From NCBI GenBank assembly GCA_037127795.1, contig JBAXXQ010000001.1:515687-579686 (forward strand): a stretch of DNA of 64,000 nt. The letters run 5' to 3'. The position numbers and the translations under genes are program-made. The stretch is from a bacterium. GTDB lineage: Bacteria > Patescibacteriota > Minisyncoccia > Phycocordibacterales > UBA9973. Position 1 is the first letter of the stretch, and the number at the start of each line of letters is the position of its first letter. Below are positions 10,751 through 21,236 of this stretch, in pieces. The notes beneath the pieces are model-generated. The model ran no database searches. It was not told the DNA's origin and saw only the letters and a program-made list of their open reading frames with translations.

Positions 10751-10844
10751 GTCTGGAGATAATAGCAAATACTCATAATATAGTCAATACGACATAAGAA
10801 AAGCCCGAAATCGTAAAAACGATTTCGGGCTTTATATCTTTAAT

Positions 10845-11906
10845 CTATTTAAAAATTATAGAATTAAAGGTTCCAAATTCACTATAACCATTATCATTCC
10901 AAATATTCTTATTTTGGTTTAATAATGATATCTGTGTATTTGTTTGTGTATCACTCCAAACAAAAGTAGACCAATCACCGGCCTGAGCAGTAATATTGGG
11001 AATATTAGAATTATCCATACTTCCAACATATGCTGAAAATATAATATATCTATATCCTCCAGCAGGTACTATTAAATTAGCAAAATTAAACAGTACATCA
11101 CCTCCAGCATTAGACGGCATTTGAGCAGTACCAAGCAATACACCAGCTTCATCACGAGCGTAGATAGTCTTGTTTTGTGAATCAAAAGACAAGAAATGAG
11201 AACTTATAAGTATCGGCATACTTGAAATCTTACAATTACCCGCTATGTCGCTTGAACATTGCAAAGCTAAGAATTCCACTAAACCAACCCTAACAGGTCC
11301 AATACTTCCCGCTGGATAACCAGTAACTGGAGCTAAATAAGGTACTGTATATAACAATACGTTTTTAGCTGTTGTTAACTTTGGATTCAAAACACCATAC
11401 CTTGAATCTTTTTCTGAAAAATACGTAATCTCAGAAACAGATATAGCAACTTCTGTACCTGACGGTACATCAGCACTTATTCCTGCCAAAGAAACACCTA
11501 CATCAATACTAGAACCACCTGAACCAGGAGACACAGAAAAGTCACCAATGAAAGTTACCTTACCATCTTGTACAGACTTGGTAACAGACAATGCTGTTCC
11601 GCCACCCCAGTAATACCCCTGATCTAAAGACATGGCAGTGACAGCCTTCTTAGACAAAGACACAACATCAAATGTAATGCTCTTGATGTGTACCACATAA
11701 TCCTGTGTTTCAAATGTTAATTGAAACCCTGGCCCTCTCGAAATTCCAGTACTTCTACATGGAACTAAAAACGGTCTAGGAGATGAATGGTCAAACATAC
11801 TCACCTTTAGTCCTTGTGTTGTCGGTACATCATTGACCGACTTGGAACAAGAAAACAACATAACTACAGCGCAAAAGGCTGTCAAAGAACTGAAAATTCG
11901 CTTCAT
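10845..11906 (-). CDS. putative lipoprotein, secreted hypothetical (353 aa)
   Basis: Signal peptide with a lipobox (MKRIFSSLTAFCAVVMLFSC); Ser/Gly/Thr-rich, beta-rich composition. Confidence 0.5.
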   Translation of the reverse strand: MKRIFSSLTAFCAVVMLFSCSKSVNDVPTTQGLKVSMFDHSSPRPFLVPCRSTGISRGPGFQLTFETQDYVVHIKSITFDVVSLSKKAVTAMSLDQGYYWGGGTALSVTKSVQDGKVTFIGDFSVSPGSGGSSIDVGVSLAGISADVPSGTEVAISVSEITYFSEKDSRYGVLNPKLTTAKNVLLYTVPYLAPVTGYPAGSIGPVRVGLVEFLALQCSSDIAGNCKISSMPILISSHFLSFDSQNKTIYARDEAGVLLGTAQMPSNAGGDVLFNFANLIVPAGGYRYIIFSAYVGSMDNSNIPNITAQAGDWSTFVWSDTQTNTQISLLNQNKNIWNDNGYSEFGTFNSIIFK

Positions 11907-11970
11907 AAATTAAATGAATTAAATGTAAAAAAATAAAAAATCCGTATGAACCCTAGCATATTATAAAATT

Positions 11971-13944
11971 TTGTCAACTACATTCTCGTTTTTATACTAT
12001 TTATATGCTACAGTTATATACATGCAACCAATACAACCTACTATAGGAGAAACGTTTGAAGGTACTATTAATATTTCAGGAAAAGGGGTCGGGTACGTGA
12101 AGATTCGTGAATCAGGATTCACCATAGAAATCCCTCGCGAAGGCCTCAACAAAGCATTCCCCGGTGATACTGTGGAAGCAAAAATAGTCAGCACTCTCAA
12201 TGGCGAAAATCCACAAGGAATTGTCGTATCTATCCCCCGTCGTGCAAAAGTCGGCTACAGTGGGACACTCTCTATAGACAATGGCGCACACTGTCTCATC
12301 CACAACGACTCTCGTATCTACACTAATATCAATATTGCAAAAGACAAGCTCAATGGCGCAAATCCTGGCGACAAAGTATTCTGTGCAATTACAGATTGGG
12401 CAGATCCTATGGCAGTACCAAACGGCGAAATTGTTCGTGTTCTCGGAAAGCCATTAGAAAATGATGCAGAGATGCTTTCTCTCGCACTTGAAAAAGGTTT
12501 TGACGATAGCTACCCCGAAGATGTCATCGCTGAAGCAAAAAAAATACATGAACACGGTATCACCGAAGAAGAAAAGCAAAGTCGCAAAGATTTTCGTACT
12601 ACTACTACATTTACTATAGACCCTGCAGATGCAAAAGATTTTGATGATGCTATTTCTGTAAAATTTTTGGAAAATGGTAATACTGAAGTTGGTATACATA
12701 TCGCAGATGTGTCTCATTATGTTACCCCTGGAAGCGCACTCGATGGCGAAGCATATCGCCGTGCGACTAGTGTATATCTCGTAGACCGTACTATCCCTAT
12801 GCTCCCAGAAGTACTCTCAAACGAGCTTTGTAGTCTCAATCCAGATGTCGATCGTCTCACTATGAGTGCGGTATTTGTATTTGATAAAAACAACACCATT
12901 GTAGATGAATGGTATGGAAAGACTGTGATCCGCTCACACTACCGATTCACCTATGAAAGTGCGCAAGAAGTACTCGACAAAAAAGAAGGTCCATACTACA
13001 CCGAACTTGCAGCAGCCCTCGCTATTTCAAAAGTATTAGAAAAAGAGCGTTTTGCAAATGGCGCTATCTCTATCGATAGTGAAGAAGTAAAATTCAAACT
13101 TGATGAAAAAGGTGTCCCTATTGGTGTCTATATAAAAACTCGTGGCGATACTCACCACATGATTGAAGAATTGATGTTGCTCGCAAACCGCAAAGTAGCA
13201 GAATCTATTACCAAAGAAGCAAATCGTGTATTCGTATATCGTATTCACGCCCGCCCTGATGTAGATCGTATGGGAGATTTGTATATGTTTTTGAAACGTC
13301 TTGGATACAATGTTCCACGAGATGAAGACGGTATTATCCCTTCAAGTGAAATAAACAAACTTCTCAAATCTCTCGAAGGAAAACCAGAAAAAGAAACTAT
13401 TCAAACAGCTATTGCACGCTCAATGGCAAAAGCTATTTATTCTACAAAAAATATTGGTCACTACGGACTCGCATTTGAGTTTTATACACACTTCACCTCT
13501 CCTATTCGTCGCTACCCAGACACTATCGTACACCGCCTTCTCACCGAATATCTCAATGGCGGCACTATCAAACAAGAGCACTGGGATTATTACGACAAAG
13601 TATGTGCTCACTCATCAATACGAGAAAAAGAAGCAACAGACGCCGAGCGCGCATCTATCAAATACAAACAAACAGAATACATGAGCTATCGTATTGGACA
13701 AAAGTTCAATGGGACCGTCACCGGTATTTCTCCAAATGGTATTTTCGTTGAAGAAAAAGAAAGTAAATGCGAAGGTATGATTCGCCTCCGCGATCTCGGC
13801 GCAGACTATTTTGAATATAATGAAAAACAGCTCGCTATCATTGGTAAGCGTACTGGCAAAGAATTCCGTATCGGAGATCCTGTATCGTTCAAAGTCGCCG
13901 CAACCGACCTCAACAAACGCGTCATTGATTACATCTTAGTATAA
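11971..13944 (+). CDS. rnr: Ribonuclease R (RNB family exoribonuclease with C-terminal S1 domain)
   Basis: RNB catalytic motifs (DPADAKDFDDAISV, HIADVSHYV, RxxPxxxxxxLCSL-like) and a C-terminal S1 domain (GTVTGISPNGIFVE). Confidence 0.9.
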   Translation: MSTTFSFLYYLYATVIYMQPIQPTIGETFEGTINISGKGVGYVKIRESGFTIEIPREGLNKAFPGDTVEAKIVSTLNGENPQGIVVSIPRRAKVGYSGTLSIDNGAHCLIHNDSRIYTNINIAKDKLNGANPGDKVFCAITDWADPMAVPNGEIVRVLGKPLENDAEMLSLALEKGFDDSYPEDVIAEAKKIHEHGITEEEKQSRKDFRTTTTFTIDPADAKDFDDAISVKFLENGNTEVGIHIADVSHYVTPGSALDGEAYRRATSVYLVDRTIPMLPEVLSNELCSLNPDVDRLTMSAVFVFDKNNTIVDEWYGKTVIRSHYRFTYESAQEVLDKKEGPYYTELAAALAISKVLEKERFANGAISIDSEEVKFKLDEKGVPIGVYIKTRGDTHHMIEELMLLANRKVAESITKEANRVFVYRIHARPDVDRMGDLYMFLKRLGYNVPRDEDGIIPSSEINKLLKSLEGKPEKETIQTAIARSMAKAIYSTKNIGHYGLAFEFYTHFTSPIRRYPDTIVHRLLTEYLNGGTIKQEHWDYYDKVCAHSSIREKEATDAERASIKYKQTEYMSYRIGQKFNGTVTGISPNGIFVEEKESKCEGMIRLRDLGADYFEYNEKQLAIIGKRTGKEFRIGDPVSFKVAATDLNKRVIDYILV

Positions 13945-13955
13945 ATAAAATAAAA

Positions 13956-13983
13956 AAAGTCTCTACGAAAGAGACTTTTTTTA
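13956..13983. terminator. bidirectional rho-independent terminator
   Basis: AGTCTC-TACGAAA-GAGACT hairpin flanked by an A-run and a T-run; sits between convergent rnr and ORF 13986..14366. Confidence 0.7.
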
Positions 13984-13985
13984 AA

Positions 13986-14366
13986 TCATGAGAACATAAC
14001 TTCTCCTCGGCATGATTTCATAACAGATTCTTGCCAGGCACGTTCTTTTTTTTCGAATTGATAGGTGTCATAGGCTTTGGACACCTCAGTTGCGCCTACT
14101 ATCAAGCGACCTTTTTCTTTATATATATCTCTAAGACGTTTACGAGAAATAATTTCCCCTTTTTCGTCAAAGGTATACACAATAGATTGATTAACCCCCA
14201 CCTCAAAATCCTCATTAAAAGAGCACCCGATTGTTTTTGAGTCTGGGAATCTGTCGTACTGAGATTCTTTTGCTTGTCCATTTGGATACAATCCCATATA
14301 GGAACAAGTACCGCCATTAAAAATAAGATTAAGGAGCACATCAATAAAAAATCGTATTCTTTTCAT
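13986..14366 (-). CDS. hypothetical exported protein (126 aa)
   Basis: Hydrophobic N-terminus; no conserved motif recognised. Confidence 0.35.
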   Translation of the reverse strand: MKRIRFFIDVLLNLIFNGGTCSYMGLYPNGQAKESQYDRFPDSKTIGCSFNEDFEVGVNQSIVYTFDEKGEIISRKRLRDIYKEKGRLIVGATEVSKAYDTYQFEKKERAWQESVMKSCRGEVMFS

Positions 14367-14465
14367 ATATTTTATTTTTCAAAATAATACCGTAAGATAA
14401 AATATTGTCAAAATGCCGTATATTGGCTTTTTTTAGGGTTTATGCTAGAATAGATACGTTTCGTT

Positions 14466-14687
14466 ATGGCACACACACTATCTATCATTCAAATAATAAG
14501 CGCAATCGCCCTCGTCGGTTTGGTTTTACTCCAAAGAACACAAGGTGATATGGGTGGCTCATCAAGTGAGGGCTCATTCATGCAAACCCGCCGTGGAGCA
14601 GAAAAATTCCTCTTTTTCACTACAATAATTGTAGCGCTTATTTTTGTTGGTACGAGTATCGGTATTATCCTTGTTTTACACAAGTAA
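14466..14687 (+). CDS. secG: preprotein translocase subunit SecG
   Basis: 73 aa with two TM helices and the SecG signature (LVGLVLLQRTQGDMGG...F....RRGAEKFL). Confidence 0.7.
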   Translation: MAHTLSIIQIISAIALVGLVLLQRTQGDMGGSSSEGSFMQTRRGAEKFLFFTTIIVALIFVGTSIGIILVLHK

Positions 14688-14771
14688 TACTTCTATATTT
14701 TTATAGTTTGTCTCTAAACGATTGTATATAGCTCACGCAATACTTTATTTACCTATTTTAATTTACAAATT

Positions 14772-16646
14772 ATGGAACAAACACAACAACCTGTTGCAGG
14801 AAATGCAACACCACAATCTCCTTACAAAAAACCTTTTACAAAGAAGAGATCTTTTAATAACAATCGAAAACAATTTGCTCGTCGCCCTGCGCATCCACCA
14901 GTAAACATTCATGAAATTGGCCTTGCACCAGTAGAACGCAAAACAGCACACATCCCAGATGTACTTCCTGGTGTTATTCGTATTATCCCTCTTGGTGGCG
15001 TAGAAGAAATCGGAAAAAACATGACCGCTATCGAAATTGGTGACGATATTATCGTTATCGATGCTGGTATGTACTTTGCTACTGGAGAAACACCTGGTAT
15101 CGACTACATCATCCCTAATACTCGCTACCTCGAAGAGCGCAAAGACAAAATCCGTGCACTTATCGTAACGCACGGTCACTTAGATCACATCGGAGGAGTA
15201 CCGCTTGTACTTTCACGTATCGGCAATCCACCAGTATATTCTCGCAACCTTACTGTACTTATGATGCGCAAGCGTCAAGCAGAATTCCCCTACTTACCAG
15301 CACTCAATGCTATCAATGTAGAAAAAGATGAAGTTATCACTATTGGTAAAATCAAAGTGAAATTCTGGGGTGTGACTCACACTATCCCTGATTCTATGGG
15401 TATAATGATAGAAACTCCTTGGGGAAATATTGTAAACCCTGGAGACTACAAGCTCGATCAAGTAGATGGTATAGTAAGTCCGGCCGAAGAAAAAGAATAT
15501 AAGATTTTTGATACAACAAAAACACTTCTTTTGATGACAGACTCAACAAACATCGAAAACGAAGGGTTTGCTATGCCTGAAATACGCGTACACGAAGGTA
15601 TCGAAAGTATTCTTCGCCGAGAAAAAAACAATCGTATTTTCATGGCAGCATTTGCCTCTCACATCACTCGTCTTATAAAGGTTATTGAAATCGCAGAAAA
15701 GATGGGTAAAAAAGTTGTTCTCGAAGGACGTTCAATGAAAGCAAACATTGAAATCATCCTCCAAGCAGGACTTTTGAAAATAGACAAAGGTACTATCATT
15801 TCAGCAGATGATATCGACAAATATCCACCAGATAGAATCCTCGTACTTATTACAGGTGCACAAGGTGAAGAATTTGGCGGGCTCAACCGTCTCGCACAAA
15901 AGAGTAACAAAAAACTTACTCTCAAAAAAGGTGACCGTGTTATCCTTTCAGCATCAGTGATCCCTGGTAACGAACGTGCCGTACAAAAAATGAAAGACGG
16001 TCTCTCACGCCAAGGAGTAAAGATTATTTCATATCGTACTCCTGGAGAAGAAGTAGTTCATGCGACAGGTCATGGAAACAAAGAAGATATCAAATGGCTA
16101 CACCGCAAGGTAAATGAAAAATTCTTTATTCCAATTCACGGTCACCACTACCACCTTGAGCTCCACAAAGAGCTTGCTATGGAGATTGGTATTCCTGAAG
16201 AAAATATTGTAGTACCAGACAACGGTACTATTATCGAGATCACAGACAATGGTACAAAGATTGGTATTCGCAAAGAAAAAGCACCATCAAATCCAATGAT
16301 TGTAGATGGATTCTCAGTGGGTGACGAACAAAACGTAGTCCTCCGCGATAGACAACTCCTCTCAGAAGACGGTATGTTTGTTATTATTGCGACAGTTGAC
16401 CAAAAGACTGGTATCCTCCGCAAATCTCCAGATATTATCTCTCGTGGATTCGTATATCTCAAAGAAAGCCAAGATCTTCTTCGCCAAACTCGTATTTATA
16501 TCAAAAAGACTGTTGAAACATCTTTCCAAAAAGGAAATGTAGATATGGATCGTTTGAAAAACGACGTCGCAGAAGGAGTTTCAAAATACTTACTCCAAAA
16601 AACAGCAAAGCGCCCACTAGTAATTCCTGTGATTCTTACGGTATAA
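14772..16646 (+). CDS. rnj: Ribonuclease J (metallo-beta-lactamase / beta-CASP family)
   Basis: HGHLDHIGG motif, beta-CASP region, and a conserved RNase J C-terminal domain. Carries a basic N-terminal extension. Confidence 0.92.
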   Translation: MEQTQQPVAGNATPQSPYKKPFTKKRSFNNNRKQFARRPAHPPVNIHEIGLAPVERKTAHIPDVLPGVIRIIPLGGVEEIGKNMTAIEIGDDIIVIDAGMYFATGETPGIDYIIPNTRYLEERKDKIRALIVTHGHLDHIGGVPLVLSRIGNPPVYSRNLTVLMMRKRQAEFPYLPALNAINVEKDEVITIGKIKVKFWGVTHTIPDSMGIMIETPWGNIVNPGDYKLDQVDGIVSPAEEKEYKIFDTTKTLLLMTDSTNIENEGFAMPEIRVHEGIESILRREKNNRIFMAAFASHITRLIKVIEIAEKMGKKVVLEGRSMKANIEIILQAGLLKIDKGTIISADDIDKYPPDRILVLITGAQGEEFGGLNRLAQKSNKKLTLKKGDRVILSASVIPGNERAVQKMKDGLSRQGVKIISYRTPGEEVVHATGHGNKEDIKWLHRKVNEKFFIPIHGHHYHLELHKELAMEIGIPEENIVVPDNGTIIEITDNGTKIGIRKEKAPSNPMIVDGFSVGDEQNVVLRDRQLLSEDGMFVIIATVDQKTGILRKSPDIISRGFVYLKESQDLLRQTRIYIKKTVETSFQKGNVDMDRLKNDVAEGVSKYLLQKTAKRPLVIPVILTV

Positions 16647-16653
16647 TAACCGA

Positions 16654-17787
16654 ATGAAACCACTGAAAACACTTTTCCTCGCTTCAATATTATTTTCATT
16701 GCACGCAGCATTACTCGCTTACATACATTCAAGTATGTTGACGAGTTTTGTTTCTGAGTCAGCTATTGGGTTGTATTTCACTTGTGCAAGTATTGTTGCA
16801 CTCGTATTGCTTTTTGTAGCACCCAAATTGGAGCGCGCCTTTGGTGCATACAAAATACTTACGACAACACTCCTAGTATCTAGTACTTCATTGGTCATTT
16901 TAGGTACAACTCATCACAGAATAGGAAGCTTTATTTTTGTACTATATTTTGCACTCAATACTATCGTCTGGTACAACTTCAATTTACTTATTGAGCACTT
17001 TGCGCTCACACGTACCATGGGAAGTTTGCGTGGATTATATTTATCGCTTACCAATTTTACCTGGATCGGCGCACCAATCATTGCTGGATATATTGTAAGT
17101 ATCGGTGGAGTACAACGGCCATATATTTTTGCAGCTGTACCTGTATTTCTTTCTGCAGTACTTTTGTTGATGCACAAAACACTCGGCTCACGTGAGCGTG
17201 ATACCAAGTCACACAATATTAGTGAAGCTGTTGCACTTCTCAAGCAACACAAGCCATTACAAAAAATTCTTTCTATCACATGGATACTTCAAATTTTTTA
17301 TGCATTGATGTCGCTCTTTATGGCGCCGTATTTACAAAGTCTTGGATTCTCTTGGGGGCAAATAGGAATTATTTTTTCTATCATGCTTGTACCATTTGTA
17401 CTTTTTGAATTCCCTGTTGGTAGATATCTCGACACCCATAGAAATGAAAAACACCTTCTCGTGTTTGCGTTAGCACTTATGGCATTTACTGTTGTATTAC
17501 TCCTCGCACCATTGAGTACTAGTATGTGGTATTTTGCATTTGTACTTTTTGTCAGTCGCATCGGCGCAAGTATTGTAGAAGTGACTACTGATAGTTATTT
17601 TTTCAGACATATCCAAGATACTGCAGTAGGACTTGCAAGTCTATATCAGAGCGCATTACCACTCGCATATCTCATTGCACCACTCGTAGGAGGTATTATA
17701 TTTAGCTTTGGAGGGTTCCACTTATTACTTACCGTATTTTGCGCAATCATGCTCGCAAGTGCATTATACGCATTCACTATAGAGTAA
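16654..17787 (+). CDS. MFS-type transporter (12 predicted TM helices)
   Basis: 377 aa with alternating hydrophobic segments and a GRYLD-like loop between TM2 and TM3. Confidence 0.65.
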   Translation: MKPLKTLFLASILFSLHAALLAYIHSSMLTSFVSESAIGLYFTCASIVALVLLFVAPKLERAFGAYKILTTTLLVSSTSLVILGTTHHRIGSFIFVLYFALNTIVWYNFNLLIEHFALTRTMGSLRGLYLSLTNFTWIGAPIIAGYIVSIGGVQRPYIFAAVPVFLSAVLLLMHKTLGSRERDTKSHNISEAVALLKQHKPLQKILSITWILQIFYALMSLFMAPYLQSLGFSWGQIGIIFSIMLVPFVLFEFPVGRYLDTHRNEKHLLVFALALMAFTVVLLLAPLSTSMWYFAFVLFVSRIGASIVEVTTDSYFFRHIQDTAVGLASLYQSALPLAYLIAPLVGGIIFSFGGFHLLLTVFCAIMLASALYAFTIE

Positions 17788-17961
17788 AAAAAGGGCCGCC
17801 TATACAGACGACCCCTCCCTTTTAAAACATGGAAAAGTTTGCTTACTAATTCCGCATTGCACCCCATTAAATGGAGTTATTTTAAAGCTCCAATGAGCTA
17901 TTTTTCTAAATATATCATAGCAAATATATAGATATTTGTCAATGATATAAAATATCCTTAT

Positions 17962-19089
17962 TTATGAGGCTTTTTCGAGTACTACTTTTACATCTTTTTC
18001 TATATCACCACGAATGATATGAAATATACATTTTTGTCCTACTTTCTTTTGTCGGATGATTCCTGCGAAGTCGGTATTGATAGTGAGCGTTGTACCATCT
18101 ATTTTTGTAATAATATCCCCTGCCATGAGCCCTGCTTTTTGTGCGGGAGAGTTTGGAACTATAGGATCTGACCCATCATCAGTTGCAATCTGTATTCCTT
18201 TTGATACTGGATTAAAATAAATCCCTACATATGGGCGGACAATAGTCCCTGTTTTTTTGACAGAATCAATCACTGTGCGGACACTATTTATAGGAAGTGC
18301 AAACCCAATACTTTGAGACCCTTGCGCAACAGCAACATTGACCCCTACTACCTCTCCACGAAGATTGAGCAACGGTCCGCCAGAATTTCCAGGATTGATC
18401 GGCGCATCTGTTTGGATTACTTTATCAAGAAGCTCAGAAGAATATTCACTCCCCGCAACAATAGAGCGAGCAAGCCCCGATACTACCCCACTTGAAATAG
18501 AATTTTTAAACTGCCCCAATGCAAAGCCAATAGCGACTACTCCTTGCCCAAGCTCGAGATTATCTGAATTGCCGAGTGTTACTGGGGTAAAGTTTTTACC
18601 AGTCACTTGCAACATAGCAATATCAAGTACTGCATCTTTTGCTTTTACTGTTGCCTTATATCTTTTACCAGTACTGGTCACCACCACAAAACTTGCTCCT
18701 TGTATATCTACTACATGGCGATTGGTAAGTACGAGTCCATCACTTGATACAAAGAATCCACTTCCTCCACCGACAACTTGCGTACCAAGCATAGTATCTG
18801 CACTCACTTCAATAGAAACAACACTAGGGTTCACCTTTGATACCACCTCAGGAATAGTCAGATCTGTAGGACCTTTTGGTGTAGTATCTACCGCAGGCGC
18901 AGGAGCAGCGACCTCTTGCACAGTATATTGTGGCGCGGGTACTTGTACGAGTGCGGCAATAGTACTAAAAACTTTTTGTTTGTTTTTGTATACGACAAAA
19001 CCAAGTACTGCAATAGTAGTCACAGAACTAAGTATTCCTACTATCAGCATTGATACAAGTATGCCGCTTTTTTTATTCTGTATTTCCAT
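17962..19089 (-). CDS. htrA: HtrA/DegP-family trypsin-like serine protease with PDZ domain
   Basis: N-terminal TM anchor, catalytic-triad region (TNRHVV...D...GNSGGPLLN), and a C-terminal PDZ (GDIITKIDG). Confidence 0.85.
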   Translation of the reverse strand: MEIQNKKSGILVSMLIVGILSSVTTIAVLGFVVYKNKQKVFSTIAALVQVPAPQYTVQEVAAPAPAVDTTPKGPTDLTIPEVVSKVNPSVVSIEVSADTMLGTQVVGGGSGFFVSSDGLVLTNRHVVDIQGASFVVVTSTGKRYKATVKAKDAVLDIAMLQVTGKNFTPVTLGNSDNLELGQGVVAIGFALGQFKNSISSGVVSGLARSIVAGSEYSSELLDKVIQTDAPINPGNSGGPLLNLRGEVVGVNVAVAQGSQSIGFALPINSVRTVIDSVKKTGTIVRPYVGIYFNPVSKGIQIATDDGSDPIVPNSPAQKAGLMAGDIITKIDGTTLTINTDFAGIIRQKKVGQKCIFHIIRGDIEKDVKVVLEKAS

Positions 19090-19098
19090 AGAGCTGTA

Positions 19099-19926
19099 TT
19101 ATACCAAATAATTTCGTCCTTGTTTACGAATAAGATTTTCTGCAATAAGCTCAAGCAAGGCAGTCTCTACTTGATCTTCTTTTTTTATAAAATGCTTCAA
19201 AAGTGCTTGTTTTGTATGGGGTTTTTGGATTAGTAATTTCATAATACCACCACGCACCTGCCGCAAAGATCCATCAAACTTTTTTTGCTTGGTGAACATC
19301 GTACTCTTGGTATGTGTTTTGACACCGATACTCTTGAGATAACTTCCATAATCCATAAGGAGCCAGTACCACACACGAGGGTTTTTTGTATCAATAGTTT
19401 TTTCTACATAAGGCGCGAGTATAGTATCAGAAATTTTTTCTTTTGCATCAGGAAAAAAGTGATGAATAAAAACAGTGCGGATATTTGTTTCAAATAACAC
19501 ACTCGGTATATTGTACGCAAATGCACACACTGCTCTCGCTGTGTATGGACCAATACCCGGAAGTGTACAAAGCCCTTCTATTGTTTTAGGTACGACACCC
19601 TTATAATCTCGCACAATAGCTTGTGCGCATTGATGCAAAAACTTTGCACGTCTGTTGTATCCGAGTCCGCTCCACAAGCGCAATACTTCTGATTGTGGTG
19701 CGCGCGCGAGATCTCCCACTGTCGGAAATGTCTGTATAAATGTCTTATACTTTTCTTCTACACGAGCAACTTGTGTCTGTTGCAACATTATTTCAGAGAC
19801 CAAAATATAGTATGGATTTTTTGTTTTTCGCCATGGCAAATCTCGCAACCCATACGTTATATGGTATTGCGCGAGCGCTTTTGCGAATTTGTGTATATCT
19901 TTTATATCTATAATAACTTTTTCCAT
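19099..19926 (-). CDS. HhH-GPD superfamily DNA glycosylase (MutY/Nth-like) lacking the Fe-S cluster loop
   Basis: HhH-GPD motif LPGIGPYTARAV plus an LQQT helix. No C-x6-C-x2-C-x5-C cysteine cluster anywhere in the 275 aa. Confidence 0.75.
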   Translation of the reverse strand: MEKVIIDIKDIHKFAKALAQYHITYGLRDLPWRKTKNPYYILVSEIMLQQTQVARVEEKYKTFIQTFPTVGDLARAPQSEVLRLWSGLGYNRRAKFLHQCAQAIVRDYKGVVPKTIEGLCTLPGIGPYTARAVCAFAYNIPSVLFETNIRTVFIHHFFPDAKEKISDTILAPYVEKTIDTKNPRVWYWLLMDYGSYLKSIGVKTHTKSTMFTKQKKFDGSLRQVRGGIMKLLIQKPHTKQALLKHFIKKEDQVETALLELIAENLIRKQGRNYLV

Positions 19927-19937
19927 GATATACTTCT

Positions 19938-20336
19938 ATGTATACCAATAAATATAAAAAATACAAAATTATGGAAAAGAAAGTAAGTTGTTCAATGTGT
20001 GAAAAAAATTCAGAAAAAAGTGCCTGCTGTGCACAATGGTGCCCAGGTTGCCTCCTCCACAAAATACTTCGTATTTTGATTATAGTAGTAGCTCTCACTG
20101 TAGCATTCTCTTTTGGTGAAAAAGTGGGCATGATACAAGCATGGCTTTTGAATGATTCTAATTTTTACCCACAACAAGGTATGATGTATCGCAATAATGA
20201 CAATTGGGGACGTGGTAATATGATGTATCGTACTGATGTACAACCTCAAATACAAGTAGAGCAAGCTCCTACTACTGCAGCAACTCCAACTACAGCACCT
20301 ACAAAGACTCCTACAAAAACTCCATTAAAGAAATAG
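19938..20336 (+). CDS. Cys-rich membrane protein, hypothetical
   Basis: CSMCEKNSEKSACCAQWCPGC cluster, then one TM helix, then a Thr/Pro/Ala-rich tail. Confidence 0.4.
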   Translation: MYTNKYKKYKIMEKKVSCSMCEKNSEKSACCAQWCPGCLLHKILRILIIVVALTVAFSFGEKVGMIQAWLLNDSNFYPQQGMMYRNNDNWGRGNMMYRTDVQPQIQVEQAPTTAATPTTAPTKTPTKTPLKK

Positions 20337-20415
20337 TATATTTTCTCTCTAAAAACCCTCTATCAAAATCTGATGGAGGGTTTTTATAATACTTGATCCA
20401 TAGTATGATATAGCA

Positions 20416-21003
20416 ATGCATACTATAACCACTGTTTTACTAGGACTCGGCTATTTCGGTATCGGTATTACCCTATTTTTTGAATCCGGCGTGTTTTTAT
20501 TTTTTCTTCCTGGGGATACCCTACTGCTCAGTGCTGGTATATACGCCTCACAAGGCACCCTTTCTTTTATTCCACTCGTCCTAACCGCTATCATAGCGAG
20601 TGCACTCGGTGCTATGACTGGATTTCATATTGGTAAAAAATTTACCCATGGTAAATTACAAACAACATTCTTTACTCCTGCACAAATAAAAAAAACTGAA
20701 GATTTTTTTGCGCGTTTTGGTGGCTATGCAATTTTGTTAAATAAATTTATCCCCATCGTACGCACTATCGCCCCAATGCTTGCCGGGGCTAGTAATATGA
20801 AAGAAAAAGTTTTTAATAAAAACAATATTCTTGGTTCTTGCTTATGGGTTTTGACCATTACTAGTTTTGGATTTTTTGCTGGTACCATGTTCCCTCATAT
20901 AGAAAAATACGTTTCTGTGGTACTTGCAAGTGTTATTATTGTATCTTTTGTTCTTTTTGGTATAAATTATTACAAAAATAAACGGTTTAAAACTGTAGTA
21001 TAA
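20416..21003 (+). CDS. DedA/VTT-domain family membrane protein
   Basis: FESGVFLFFLPGDTLLLSAG matches the DedA signature; 4-5 TM segments. Confidence 0.7.
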   Translation: MHTITTVLLGLGYFGIGITLFFESGVFLFFLPGDTLLLSAGIYASQGTLSFIPLVLTAIIASALGAMTGFHIGKKFTHGKLQTTFFTPAQIKKTEDFFARFGGYAILLNKFIPIVRTIAPMLAGASNMKEKVFNKNNILGSCLWVLTITSFGFFAGTMFPHIEKYVSVVLASVIIVSFVLFGINYYKNKRFKTVV

Positions 21004-21011
21004 TAAACCCT

Positions 21012-21236
21012 ATGCATCACGAAAAACGAAACAGATCTATAGCAAAAGCTATTACCTACCGTATTATTAGTATTTTTATGGATACTGTCATAGCATTTTA
21101 TGTCACCCATAGTGCAAGTAAAACAATGGCTTTTGTGTTGATTTCAAACAGTGTTAGTATTATTGTTTACTTTATTCATGAGCGCGCCTGGAACCGTGTC
21201 CACTGGGGCAAACACACTATAACCATCGAAGAATAA
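21012..21236 (+). CDS. small membrane protein (DUF2061-like)
   Basis: 74 aa with a SIAKAITYRI motif followed by two TM helices. Confidence 0.4.
   Translation: MHHEKRNRSIAKAITYRIISIFMDTVIAFYVTHSASKTMAFVLISNSVSIIVYFIHERAWNRVHWGKHTITIEE

Noticed and set aside
17788-17961. Possible small ORF or ncRNA in the 174-nt convergent spacer between the MFS transporter and htrA
   Set aside because: Only imperfect GGAGTT...AGCTCC and GGGCCGCC...CCCCTCCC complementarities. No clean hairpin or ORF with signals.
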